From an archaeon (GTDB lineage: Archaea; Nanobdellota; Nanobdellia; Woesearchaeales; JAADFO01), in assembly GCA_043817075.1 (NCBI GenBank), contig JBDRHG010000022.1, positions 39,102 through 103,101 on the forward strand: 64,000 nucleotides of DNA, in the 5' to 3' direction. Below, piece after piece: positions 53,194 through 61,044 of the stretch. Each line of letters opens with the position of its first letter. The stretch's first letter is position 1. The position numbers and the translations under genes were made by a program. The notes beneath the pieces were generated by a model. The model ran no database searches. It was given only the letters and a program-made list of their open reading frames with translations, and was not told the origin of the DNA.

Positions 53194-53509
53194 TCAACTC
53201 CTTGAATATCTTTTTTCTGTTTCTTGCCTTTGTTCTGGCTCGCCCTGTAAGGGGGTTTCCGAGTAGGAATGAGTGGAGTTTATGTGTTCTGAGGACTTTC
53301 CAGGCGTTCTTGCTGAGTGCATAGCGTACCGGTCTTGCACCCTTTGCTTTGACTACGAGGTTTTTTAGCCGCAAACGTTCAAGGGCTTTGTAGCCTTCGA
53401 GTCTTGAGATTGGTAGAACGTCTTCTATCTGGGTTATGCTCATGGGTCCGTCAGCGATTCGTAGGGCCTCCAAAAAGTGCCAGTACGACACATAAAACTC
53501 TCTTGTCAT
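53180..53509 (-). CDS. Winged-helix DNA-binding protein
   Basis: MSITQIEDVLPISRLEGYKALERLRLKNLVVKAKGARPVRYAL. It overlaps the next wHTH gene by 14 nt. Confidence 0.7.
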   Translation of the reverse strand: MTREFYVSYWHFLEALRIADGPMSITQIEDVLPISRLEGYKALERLRLKNLVVKAKGARPVRYALSKNAWKVLRTHKLHSFLLGNPLTGRARTKARNRKKIFKELIDNL

Positions 53510-53577
53510 GCCTGTTATCCCCTCCTGTTATGTATGGATGTTATGGTTATTCGCTGCCAAAAAAGGCAGCGAAAGCA

Positions 53578-54225
53578 TTATTCGTCATGTTCGTTGGCAT
53601 AATATCTGCCATTATCATCTCTGGAAATTTCTCCGACCTGCTCAAGCTGCTTAAGAAGCTTATTCGCTCGCGGTTGTGATAATGCTAAAGCATCACACAC
53701 ATCCTTTTCAAGAACACCCTCAGGGGATGACTTGACCAATTCAATGACTTTCGCTTGGGTTGGACCCATATCTGAATGGCTTACTGGTACATCGGGCTTA
53801 GAATTTAAGGAGACTAAATCCTGCCAGGGCATTTTAAGCAGAACCGAGAGTTGAGAATCAGTTATGTTAGCAAACCGTTGCCCTATGAGGTATTTCTTTG
53901 CCGAGATAAGCTCGATCATCATTTCCCTCATTTTGTTCTGAAAGGATTCCAGGTCCTGAGCTTTGTCCTTCTGCAGATTCACAATCTGGTCCTGGAGGGA
54001 TTGGGAGTCTCCACTATTATGATGTTCAAGGACTTTCTTTAGCTGACCGTTCTGTTCGTATAACTCCTTGAAGGACTCTATGAATTTTTCGCTTCTCACG
54101 ATTTCCGGGAGGTTTCTGAGCCTTTCGCATTCCTCTCGCAGATAGTTGCGACCAGAGTCAGGATCTCTCAGCGATACCGGATTGTGCCTCTGAAAAAAGG
54201 AGTCAGGTTGAGGTTGCCCGATCAT
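53578..54225 (-). CDS. Coiled-coil protein with C-terminal winged-helix domain
   Basis: The preferred start is ATG 54225 (TAATG overlap with the upstream stop, AGGGAGGA Shine-Dalgarno-like sequence). The C-terminus reads TQAKVIELVKSSPEGVLEKDVCDALALSQPRANKLLKQLEQVGEISRDDNGRYY. Confidence 0.7.
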   Translation of the reverse strand: MIGQPQPDSFFQRHNPVSLRDPDSGRNYLREECERLRNLPEIVRSEKFIESFKELYEQNGQLKKVLEHHNSGDSQSLQDQIVNLQKDKAQDLESFQNKMREMMIELISAKKYLIGQRFANITDSQLSVLLKMPWQDLVSLNSKPDVPVSHSDMGPTQAKVIELVKSSPEGVLEKDVCDALALSQPRANKLLKQLEQVGEISRDDNGRYYANEHDE

Positions 54226-54422
54226 TAAGAGTCCTCCCTTGCACAAACAACATAGCCATCTAGGAAGGCGTAGAGGCTTTTGTCTAGACAGAAGATTACC
54301 GGGCGTTCAGACACCTTTTTCGCCAGTCTGAACAAGTCTTCCTTGCTCTGAAGTTCAATTAATGTTAATACTTCAGGCAAGAAAATGTGCTTTGCTTGAA
54401 TAGGTTTAATCAGGCCGTTCAT
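54225..54422 (-). CDS. Small hypothetical protein (65 aa) coupled to the polymerase gene
   Basis: There is a 4-nt overlap with the end of the polymerase ORF. I recognised no domain. Confidence 0.5.
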   Translation of the reverse strand: MNGLIKPIQAKHIFLPEVLTLIELQSKEDLFRLAKKVSERPVIFCLDKSLYAFLDGYVVCAREDS

Positions 54423-56674
54423 TTGCCCTCCAACTTTTTCAGTCGTTCAATGATCTTCTCACTGAGTTTTGGCACAGCGTCCTCTCCCAGCCGTTTCCTG
54501 ATCTCGAACTCTGTTTGGCGGCTTATACCTGCTGCTCGGAGTTCAGGAGAAGAAGCCTTCCGGAACTTCGAAACCAACTTTGAGATATTCACGACTTCTT
54601 GTGGTGCTTCACCTTCAAGGATTTGGAGGTCCACGTTCTTGACCTGTTTCCCGATATACCGAAAGCCATCAACAGTCAGATGTCTCCTTTTCATCCAACC
54701 CTCCTCTGACCCGTTCTCGTACTTGTCTTCAGGATGGTTGAGGAAGCGAATGAATGTGTCTTCCAATGTGGCCCAGTACTGAGAACCTTGCAGCACTTCT
54801 CCGGTCTCGTAATTGATAAACGGCTTATGCACAACACTTCGAGGGTCCTTACAGAAGGGGGCGATAGGCTTGACCATTCGACCGTCTTTGAGACTGGAAG
54901 GTTGGCCTACAATGAAGAAATTAAATGGTTTCACCTGCTTGCAGAAAGGTCTGCCTTCGTTCATTTTTGAGAACCGATCCAATACATTCATGGACGTGAT
55001 GCTGAGCTTGCTCAACGCAGGTAGACCTCTGTACCGCTCAAGCACGGAAGGAGGATCAGCGAGTCCAAGTGATACGGAGACGATGTCGTGCCAGAACTTC
55101 TTCATCCATGCATCGCCTTTTCCGCCAAAAGGATTCATCAAATAGCCAAGGCCGTGAGCCTTCCACCATCCATCAACAATTTCTATGCCTTTCTTGGTTT
55201 GTTCAAAGAGGCAGTACCGCTTTGCTGAGATCCCGAAAAACCATTTTTTCCGGATCTCGACCTCTAGAAAGGGAGCATTCTTCCCGAGAGGGCTTAGTGG
55301 CTGAAAGAACTTGACAAGTTCATCTTCATAGCCTACAGGGCAAAAAATCGAATCGGTATCGTTGTAGATTGGTCTTGTTCCTATCTGCTTTAACTTTGCC
55401 TCACCCAAACACAAGAGAAGCCGACCTCCGGCAGCGATGGATGAACCGATCCAAGGGGCAAAGTAGGGTCCTGGCTCCTCATACTCCATCTCTGCTTCAA
55501 ACTGCTCATTACTATAAACACTGACGTTCTCCAGTGACTCCTGAGGGTTGAGTTCTATTGAGATGCCGTAAAGGGAGCTGGCTACGGTTTTAAGCATCTT
55601 AGCATACATTCGTTCCCTTGATTCTTCCGGATATTTCTTGAGTTCAGCACGCCGATTCAGAAGCTTAAGTGCGATATCATCCTTAGAAGGGTTGAGTTCC
55701 ATTCCCAATACTTTTACAGTTTTCAGGTCTTGCTGGCCTACGGCCTCAAACCGGAAAGCTTTTGTGATCTTCGGCGTTCTTCCGGTGAGCAACTTTGAAG
55801 CTATAAGGTCTGGCAATGAATAATTCGCTTTGGACTTCATCCTTACGTGGGAAAGGGAGAGCTTTGGGAGCCTGCCAGAACCGCAGAGGGCATTAACTGG
55901 TAAGAGGTATTCTCCAGGAGGCATCTCGCAAGTCACCGCTAGACGCGGCCAGAGCGACTTATCCTGCAAGCTTTCAATCGTTACATGATCCAGTAAGCGT
56001 TGAACTTCTTCAGTACAGTCCTTTACTAAAATTTTCTCTGCAAAGAGAAGGCTTTGGAGTTTTAAAAGAAAGAAGAGTGAGATGTACATACCATTGAAGT
56101 CAAGGACAGAAATCTCAATGGGCTGCTTTCGAATGAAAAGCTGGCATAACCCTCCATAATAGGTTGAAAAGACCTTTCCTGCCGGACCCAGAAGATTATT
56201 CTCAATAGGCCAAGATGACCTTAAACCCATCTTGCGAAGGATATATTTTACGATGGTTGCCGTGGAGTATATCTTTCCAAGTTCCAGATCGCCCAGCCCT
56301 AACTTTGCATATTCATTTTTCAGGGAATGATACAATTCTGCCGTTGCAGACACATCAGCTAGGTTGTACTCAATGAGTTTAGGTGATATTTTAAAGTCGT
56401 TATTATCAGTCTGTTTGAAATGAGTCGTATTCAGTATTTTGCTCGCTTGATCCAAAGTTATATGACGCTTTTGAAGCAGAACCGCAGTCGCAGCCTTCAA
56501 ATCGATGATCTTGCCCGTAGAAAACTCCTTGCGCCCTCTTGGCCGTGGGTAAGTGAAGGAGATGAACGACGAGATTCGATCTCTTGGGATGATACGAATT
56601 CGTGGGAAGTCATTTGATGAAAGGAACTGCAAAGAGAACCCTTTAGACTTATTTCCTTGCTTTCTTCGTATCAT
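54419..56674 (-). CDS. polB: Family-B DNA polymerase, main part (Exo III plus all polymerase motifs)
   Basis: Exo III is EYNLADVSATAELY. Motif A is VLDFNGMYISL, motif B is KMLKTVASSLYGIS and motif C is IYNDTDSIF. The KxY motif is SAKRYC. Confidence 0.9.
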   Translation of the reverse strand: MIRRKQGNKSKGFSLQFLSSNDFPRIRIIPRDRISSFISFTYPRPRGRKEFSTGKIIDLKAATAVLLQKRHITLDQASKILNTTHFKQTDNNDFKISPKLIEYNLADVSATAELYHSLKNEYAKLGLGDLELGKIYSTATIVKYILRKMGLRSSWPIENNLLGPAGKVFSTYYGGLCQLFIRKQPIEISVLDFNGMYISLFFLLKLQSLLFAEKILVKDCTEEVQRLLDHVTIESLQDKSLWPRLAVTCEMPPGEYLLPVNALCGSGRLPKLSLSHVRMKSKANYSLPDLIASKLLTGRTPKITKAFRFEAVGQQDLKTVKVLGMELNPSKDDIALKLLNRRAELKKYPEESRERMYAKMLKTVASSLYGISIELNPQESLENVSVYSNEQFEAEMEYEEPGPYFAPWIGSSIAAGGRLLLCLGEAKLKQIGTRPIYNDTDSIFCPVGYEDELVKFFQPLSPLGKNAPFLEVEIRKKWFFGISAKRYCLFEQTKKGIEIVDGWWKAHGLGYLMNPFGGKGDAWMKKFWHDIVSVSLGLADPPSVLERYRGLPALSKLSITSMNVLDRFSKMNEGRPFCKQVKPFNFFIVGQPSSLKDGRMVKPIAPFCKDPRSVVHKPFINYETGEVLQGSQYWATLEDTFIRFLNHPEDKYENGSEEGWMKRRHLTVDGFRYIGKQVKNVDLQILEGEAPQEVVNISKLVSKFRKASSPELRAAGISRQTEFEIRKRLGEDAVPKLSEKIIERLKKLEGK

Positions 56675-57114
56675 TTTTTATCACCTGTCGTGGTTGTTCT
56701 ATGGCGGGTGTTGCCGAAATGCATCGTCATACGACTAAGATCGAATGGAGCATTGAAGAATACAATATCACTTTTCAAATCTAGAACCTCGACGTAGAAA
56801 ACTTTTTCTAGAAACTCTGACAATGTGTACAGATACAGATTGTGCTTTGAGCAATACCTTTGGATAACTTTAATCTCCTGAGGAGAATTATTACAGGGGT
56901 GGTAAAATAATCCTCCCCCACAAATTCTTTCCGTTTGATGGATCTCAAATGCTCCAATAGTGGTATTCTGAAAAGCATCCGGTGTCGTTTCCGTATCAAT
57001 GATTAGGATTCGGTCATCATCTGGCCCTTCATCTGCCTGACTAACCTTCCCTTTGTTATTTTTTGGATCTTCTTTTCGACGTGGAAACATCCTTATGAAT
57101 GCATGTTTCTTCAA
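56671..57114 (-). CDS. polB: Family-B DNA polymerase, N-terminal exonuclease fragment (Exo I and Exo II) in a separate ORF
   Basis: Exo I is ILIIDTETT (DxE) and Exo II is VFFNAPFDLSRM (Nx2-3FD). The ORF ends in ...GDKK at an A6 run whose last A starts the downstream ATG (ATGA overlap). Confidence 0.8.
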   Translation of the reverse strand: MKKHAFIRMFPRRKEDPKNNKGKVSQADEGPDDDRILIIDTETTPDAFQNTTIGAFEIHQTERICGGGLFYHPCNNSPQEIKVIQRYCSKHNLYLYTLSEFLEKVFYVEVLDLKSDIVFFNAPFDLSRMTMHFGNTRHRTTTTGDKK

Positions 57115-57424
57115 GTTTTTTCACCTCCTCTTCTTCGAGTAATGAAACACCCTCAAAGATGTATGAACCCCACTCGAGCCAAACAGTAACCATACTCTTT
57201 AGGTGTCTAAGTTGCAGTAACCGCGAATTCTTTTTCTGATCCTTATTCAGCTGATTTACTAACTTGGATAGGTTTCTGTGAAATGCCCGATCCAATGGCA
57301 TCGTGAACTTCGGGAAATCTCCGCCCAATGGGTGATGCATCTCGATTTCATCGCTTTCTCGAAAAGAGACCTTTCTGAGCGAACGAATGAATTTCTCTTT
57401 CCATATGTTTATCACAGGATTCAT
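57056..57424 (-). CDS. Hypothetical protein (122 aa) upstream of polB
   Basis: ORF in the operon that overlaps the polB-exo ORF by 59 nt. I recognised no domain. Confidence 0.5.
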   Translation of the reverse strand: MNPVINIWKEKFIRSLRKVSFRESDEIEMHHPLGGDFPKFTMPLDRAFHRNLSKLVNQLNKDQKKNSRLLQLRHLKSMVTVWLEWGSYIFEGVSLLEEEEVKKLEETCIHKDVSTSKRRSKK

Positions 57425-58068
57425 GGGTTCACGTTGTAGATATCATAAAACTCAATTTCATCAATCTGCTCATCGAGCTCTCGCACCTTTTTTGGATTAC
57501 GTTCAAGGGTGTAAGCTCTACCCTCTGCGTCATGAATCTTTGCAGGCAGGAAGTTTATCAGAGCATCAGGATTGCCACGAGTCAGCAAGTCCCATCTTAC
57601 GGTGGAGTGATATCTTCCTATGGTCGAGGCCTCTTTTAAGGAGTCAACTACGATTACCTTTTTTTCACCTCGCGTGAATATCTCCATTCCGCGCTGGATT
57701 TTATCCGATGCCTTTGCCCTCCACGTCCCTTTCTTTTTTTCCAACGCACTCGCAACATGCTTCTTCACCAAACGGCGATCCACACCTTCCCTCTTGGATG
57801 CCTCAGTCAATGATAATCCCTTCCTTCGCATTTGGTTAATCACTCTCAGAGAATCAACCCGGTCAGTTCTTTCCTTTGCTGTGAGTTCCGACCAAGGCTT
57901 TCGCGATTGGTCCAAATCAGAGAACTTCACAATTTGCAACTCGCATAGAGACAAGGACTTATCCAACTCATGCTTCCTCTCAATAGTTATGGCATATCTT
58001 GTAAGTCGCGATCGATCGGTTCTCCATTCCGAGATGGTTTTAAACTTCTTCGAGAACCGTCGTTTCAT
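57421..58068 (-). CDS. Hypothetical basic protein (215 aa) with an internal HTH-like segment
   Basis: MRRKGLSLTEASKREGVDRRLVKKHV resembles a helix-turn-helix. The gene overlaps both neighbours by 4 nt. Confidence 0.6.
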   Translation of the reverse strand: MKRRFSKKFKTISEWRTDRSRLTRYAITIERKHELDKSLSLCELQIVKFSDLDQSRKPWSELTAKERTDRVDSLRVINQMRRKGLSLTEASKREGVDRRLVKKHVASALEKKKGTWRAKASDKIQRGMEIFTRGEKKVIVVDSLKEASTIGRYHSTVRWDLLTRGNPDALINFLPAKIHDAEGRAYTLERNPKKVRELDEQIDEIEFYDIYNVNP

Positions 58069-58418
58069 TTGTGCTCCTCCGAAGAAGTAAGACTATCTTC
58101 AGTCGGTAATTTGATGATTTGTGTAGGCTTTTTTGGTTCGTCCCAGACCTTTACAGTCACTATTTCCGTATCTTCTTGATCTTTCCGGGAATTTTTGATC
58201 GGTAATTCGATAGTCTGTATGGGCTTTTTTGGTTCGTCATAGACCTTTACAGTCACTATTTGCTCTTTTTCTTGTTCCTTCTGATCTTTTTTTTGGATTG
58301 TTTTCAGAACTTTGTGACGTATGAAGCTAGAAATCGAACGGTGTTCTTTCGTTGCTAACCTTCGTAATTCCGAGTAATCTGGTGGGTCTAATCGGATCGA
58401 AATATGTCGTTTTGCCAT
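58065..58418 (-). CDS. Ribbon-helix-helix protein with two C-terminal 32-aa tandem repeats; first gene of the polB operon
   Basis: The preferred start is ATG 58418 (MAKRHISIRLDPPDYSELRRLATKEHRSISSFIRHKVL, an RHH). It is followed by IVTVKVYDEPKKPIQTIELP... and IVTVKVWDEPKKPTQIIKLP... Confidence 0.7.
   Translation of the reverse strand: MAKRHISIRLDPPDYSELRRLATKEHRSISSFIRHKVLKTIQKKDQKEQEKEQIVTVKVYDEPKKPIQTIELPIKNSRKDQEDTEIVTVKVWDEPKKPTQIIKLPTEDSLTSSEEHK
58068..58259 (-). repeat. 96-bp tandem direct repeat (2 copies) encoding the 32-aa repeats of the RHH protein
   Basis: GGCTTTTTTGGTTCGTC(CC/AT)AGACCTTTACAGTCACTATT occurs at 58126 and 58222, giving a period of 96 nt. Confidence 0.8.
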
Positions 58419-58491
58419 GATTTGATTGGTAATATGGCAAAGTTTATATATAGCTATAATTCTCATCTAATCAGAAATAGAGGAATTCATC

Positions 58492-59340
58492 ATGGCATAC
58501 TATACTGGAAATCCCTACAAATTAAAGGATTGGGAAACGGAACCTTTATCGATGTTTCAGGATATTGATGGAAGATATCTATTTTGTCATTTTTTTCATC
58601 AACCAACGAGCCTTCAGATGTTAATGAAGAATTCAGAGAAGTACAAACCGAACAATACTAAAGCGTACAGACTTTATAATCTCTTTAAAAAATTTGGTTA
58701 TATTAAAAAAACGAAAACTACCGTTTCAAGTTATGAGAGAAAACAAGACAATAAACTAATCCCCACAAGAGACTTTGGGTATCTGGGAACAACTCAACCG
58801 TTTTATGATTACTTAAGATCTCTACATCTGCGGGATGATTTTAATATAATAGAAGAGTTAGTTGAAGAACTGTTTTCACATCCTGAGATGCGATTGTTTC
58901 TATTAGATTCATATGCATACCATATTGAAGATAAACGCTTCGAACTGTTTACTATTTTTTCCAGTCTTGATTTGCTACAAAGCTTTCGAGATATTATGAG
59001 TGTATTTTACTATTTTGATCAACATCCAAAAGTCCTACGGCAGTTGCTTTCACTGCACAACACGAAATGTAAATCTTATAACTGTTTGAAAGAACGTATC
59101 AATTCTGTGCGTGAAAAAAGAGAGCTAAGAAAAAAAATGCATGATATGAACGTGTTCCCTTACTTCATATTAGCATCCTATTTTCAGCATCTATTGAATC
59201 TTGTTCGAGAAGACATCAACTTTGAAAAGTGTTTATCAGATCTTTATGCTACCACAACATCAAATTATCACCACATGCAATATTTGAACGAATTAGAACG
59301 AAGCAAGTCTCTTAAGAATATGCGTGTTCAAAGAAAATGA
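58492..59340 (+). CDS. Hypothetical protein (282 aa) in a very AT-rich patch, convergent with cas1
   Basis: Long ORF whose 3' end overlaps the 3' end of cas1 by 48 nt. I recognised no domain. Confidence 0.6.
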   Translation: MAYYTGNPYKLKDWETEPLSMFQDIDGRYLFCHFFHQPTSLQMLMKNSEKYKPNNTKAYRLYNLFKKFGYIKKTKTTVSSYERKQDNKLIPTRDFGYLGTTQPFYDYLRSLHLRDDFNIIEELVEELFSHPEMRLFLLDSYAYHIEDKRFELFTIFSSLDLLQSFRDIMSVFYYFDQHPKVLRQLLSLHNTKCKSYNCLKERINSVREKRELRKKMHDMNVFPYFILASYFQHLLNLVREDINFEKCLSDLYATTTSNYHHMQYLNELERSKSLKNMRVQRK

Positions 59341-60483
59341 TTCGTTTCCTTCGGCGTTTTTTTTCATGTAGTGCAGTGATCCCCGGGAGTATCCTCTTTT
59401 TTCCCATTCGCTGTAGCTGATGGCTAGGATCTTTTTTCTTATGGCTTCGGTGTCTTGACGATCAAGTACTGGGCGGGGTTTGGTGAGGTCTAGCGTTTTT
59501 CGTTTGCCGTTGAGGTGGTGTGCGAGTTCTGTGGTTTTGTTGAGGATGAGGGCTTTCCAGCTGCATGTTTTTCCTTTGTAGGTGGTCTTTTTTCCTAGCT
59601 GGCGGTTGAACTCCCGGATGGCTTTTTTTGCTCCGCTTGGTCGAAGCTTGAGGGTGTAGGTTTCGGTTCTGATGAAGTCTTTGGGCTGCATTGTTCCTTG
59701 TTCTGTGAGTGCGAGGACTGCGAGGTCTGTGAGGAAGCGGAATGGTTCCTGGAGGTCGTATGCGAGGCTGTTCTTTCCCGGGGCGGTTTTGTGGAGGAAT
59801 CCTACGTGCGGGTCTAGCCCTGCGGTGTTGATGGCTCGCAGGACTTCTGCTTCAAGAATCGAGTAAAGGTAGTTGAGAAGGGTGTTTGTGGGGTCTCCGG
59901 ACCCCCAGGGCTTTCGGCGGTAGCCTCTGGACATAAATCCGGCCTTTTCTGGAAGGATTTTTGCGATCTGGCTCCAGTAGTGCTGTGCTGCTACTGCTTC
60001 GACTCTGAGGATTTCTGGGGCGTTTCTTGCGGCCTGGAGGCCTTTTGCTTCTGTTGGTAGGTTTTCTTCGACTTGTGGGTATCGTTCTTTGAGCCAGGAG
60101 AGCATGTCTGTGGTGCGGCAGAACTTTGCCTCAATAAACTTCTTAGCAAGAAAAAGCCTCTGTGAGTCGTCTTCTGAGGCCTTGTACTGGCAGAATTTTG
60201 TCTGTACAGCGACGCTTCCCGGCGGGAGCATGGTGGTGAGGAGCTTTCCGTTCCAGTCGAGCAGGGTGACTTGTGTTCCGTGCTTGATAAGCCACCGTGC
60301 AGCGTCTAGCGTGAAGCTTCCTGAACGCCCGTAGATTACCAGATTATCTATGCCTATCCTTTTAGGCCTGAACGTCCACTCGTGGGGTGTTCCTTCTCCG
60401 GTTTGTCCGTCACGGATTTTTAGCCGTGCAGCGTCAACCCATACCTTGATGCCGTGCCCGTTGAGGACAAGTATGCGATCCAT
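59293..60483 (-). CDS. cas1: Cas1 family integrase without CRISPR context (casposase-like), with C-terminal HTH tail
   Basis: Cas1 core motifs are present: LRVEAVAAQHYW, DPTNTLLNYLYSILEAEV, GLDPHVGFLHKTAPGKNSLAYDLQEPFRFLTD. The N-terminal beta domain is MDRILVLNGHGIKVWVD. The C-terminal ISYSEWEKRGYSRGSLHYMKKNA is HTH-like. Confidence 0.92.
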   Translation of the reverse strand: MDRILVLNGHGIKVWVDAARLKIRDGQTGEGTPHEWTFRPKRIGIDNLVIYGRSGSFTLDAARWLIKHGTQVTLLDWNGKLLTTMLPPGSVAVQTKFCQYKASEDDSQRLFLAKKFIEAKFCRTTDMLSWLKERYPQVEENLPTEAKGLQAARNAPEILRVEAVAAQHYWSQIAKILPEKAGFMSRGYRRKPWGSGDPTNTLLNYLYSILEAEVLRAINTAGLDPHVGFLHKTAPGKNSLAYDLQEPFRFLTDLAVLALTEQGTMQPKDFIRTETYTLKLRPSGAKKAIREFNRQLGKKTTYKGKTCSWKALILNKTTELAHHLNGKRKTLDLTKPRPVLDRQDTEAIRKKILAISYSEWEKRGYSRGSLHYMKKNAEGNESFSLNTHILKRLASF

Positions 60484-60489
60484 CGATAC

Positions 60490-60645
60490 CTAGCCATCCT
60501 TCTTTTCGATGCGTACCTTGATATCTCCAGGGTTGAGGACGATGGTGACGGGTTTTCCGCAGTGCGGGCATTGGCCTTCGGTGGCGTATTCAAGATTCAT
60601 AGAGCATTCACCCCTTTCACAATCGGTGCAGGAGGCCCCCATCAT
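60490..60645 (-). CDS. Small zinc-ribbon protein (CxxC...CxxC) immediately upstream of cas1
   Basis: MMGASCTDCERGECSMNLEYATEGQCPHCGKPVTIV... The track ORF extends upstream through the overlapping, better-looking 99-aa ORF, so the internal ATG-ATG at 60645 is preferred. Confidence 0.55.
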   Translation of the reverse strand: MMGASCTDCERGECSMNLEYATEGQCPHCGKPVTIVLNPGDIKVRIEKKDG

Positions 60646-60916
60646 CTTCAAAGAAGTCTCCGGACTCTTTGAAGTAGCTGATGAGTTTTTGGCTGGCATC
60701 TTTGGGTATGCCGTGTTGTAAGCAATTGTTGAGAAGCTCTTCTTTCGGGAATGCTGTTCCGATCTGCTTCTCAAGCTCCTGTATGGCCTGCTTGAAGGCC
60801 TCTCCATAGGCATTGAAGTCCGCAGCGGGACCACCCTTAAGCTTTTGGGTTATCGCAGCTCGTGCTATTCGCAAAGAGACTTCTGGGTCGTTGTCGAGAT
60901 CAACTTCTAGCTTCAT
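60617..60916 (-). CDS. Hypothetical helical protein (99 aa)
   Basis: Balanced composition (MKLEVDLDNDPEVSLRIARAAITQKLKGG...). It ends 29 nt inside the zinc-ribbon ORF, just after a G5 run. Confidence 0.6.
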   Translation of the reverse strand: MKLEVDLDNDPEVSLRIARAAITQKLKGGPAADFNAYGEAFKQAIQELEKQIGTAFPKEELLNNCLQHGIPKDASQKLISYFKESGDFFEDDGGLLHRL

Positions 60917-60972
60917 GGTATCACCTGTGGAATTTTTCGGTCTGTGTGGTTTCAGATCAGAAAAAAATGTTT

Positions 60973-60986
60973 CAACAATATTGTGG
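60973..60986. promoter_or_regulatory. Operator-like palindrome CAACAATATTGTGG upstream of the 99-aa/Zn-ribbon/cas1 transcription unit
   Basis: This is a 13/14 match to the perfect palindrome at 61754-61767. It lies in the intergenic region about 60 nt upstream of ATG 60916. Confidence 0.5.
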
Positions 60987-61044
60987 AAGAAAAAAATTAT
61001 AAGCTTTTCGGTACAAAAAAATCACAACTAATTTGGGACAAAAA

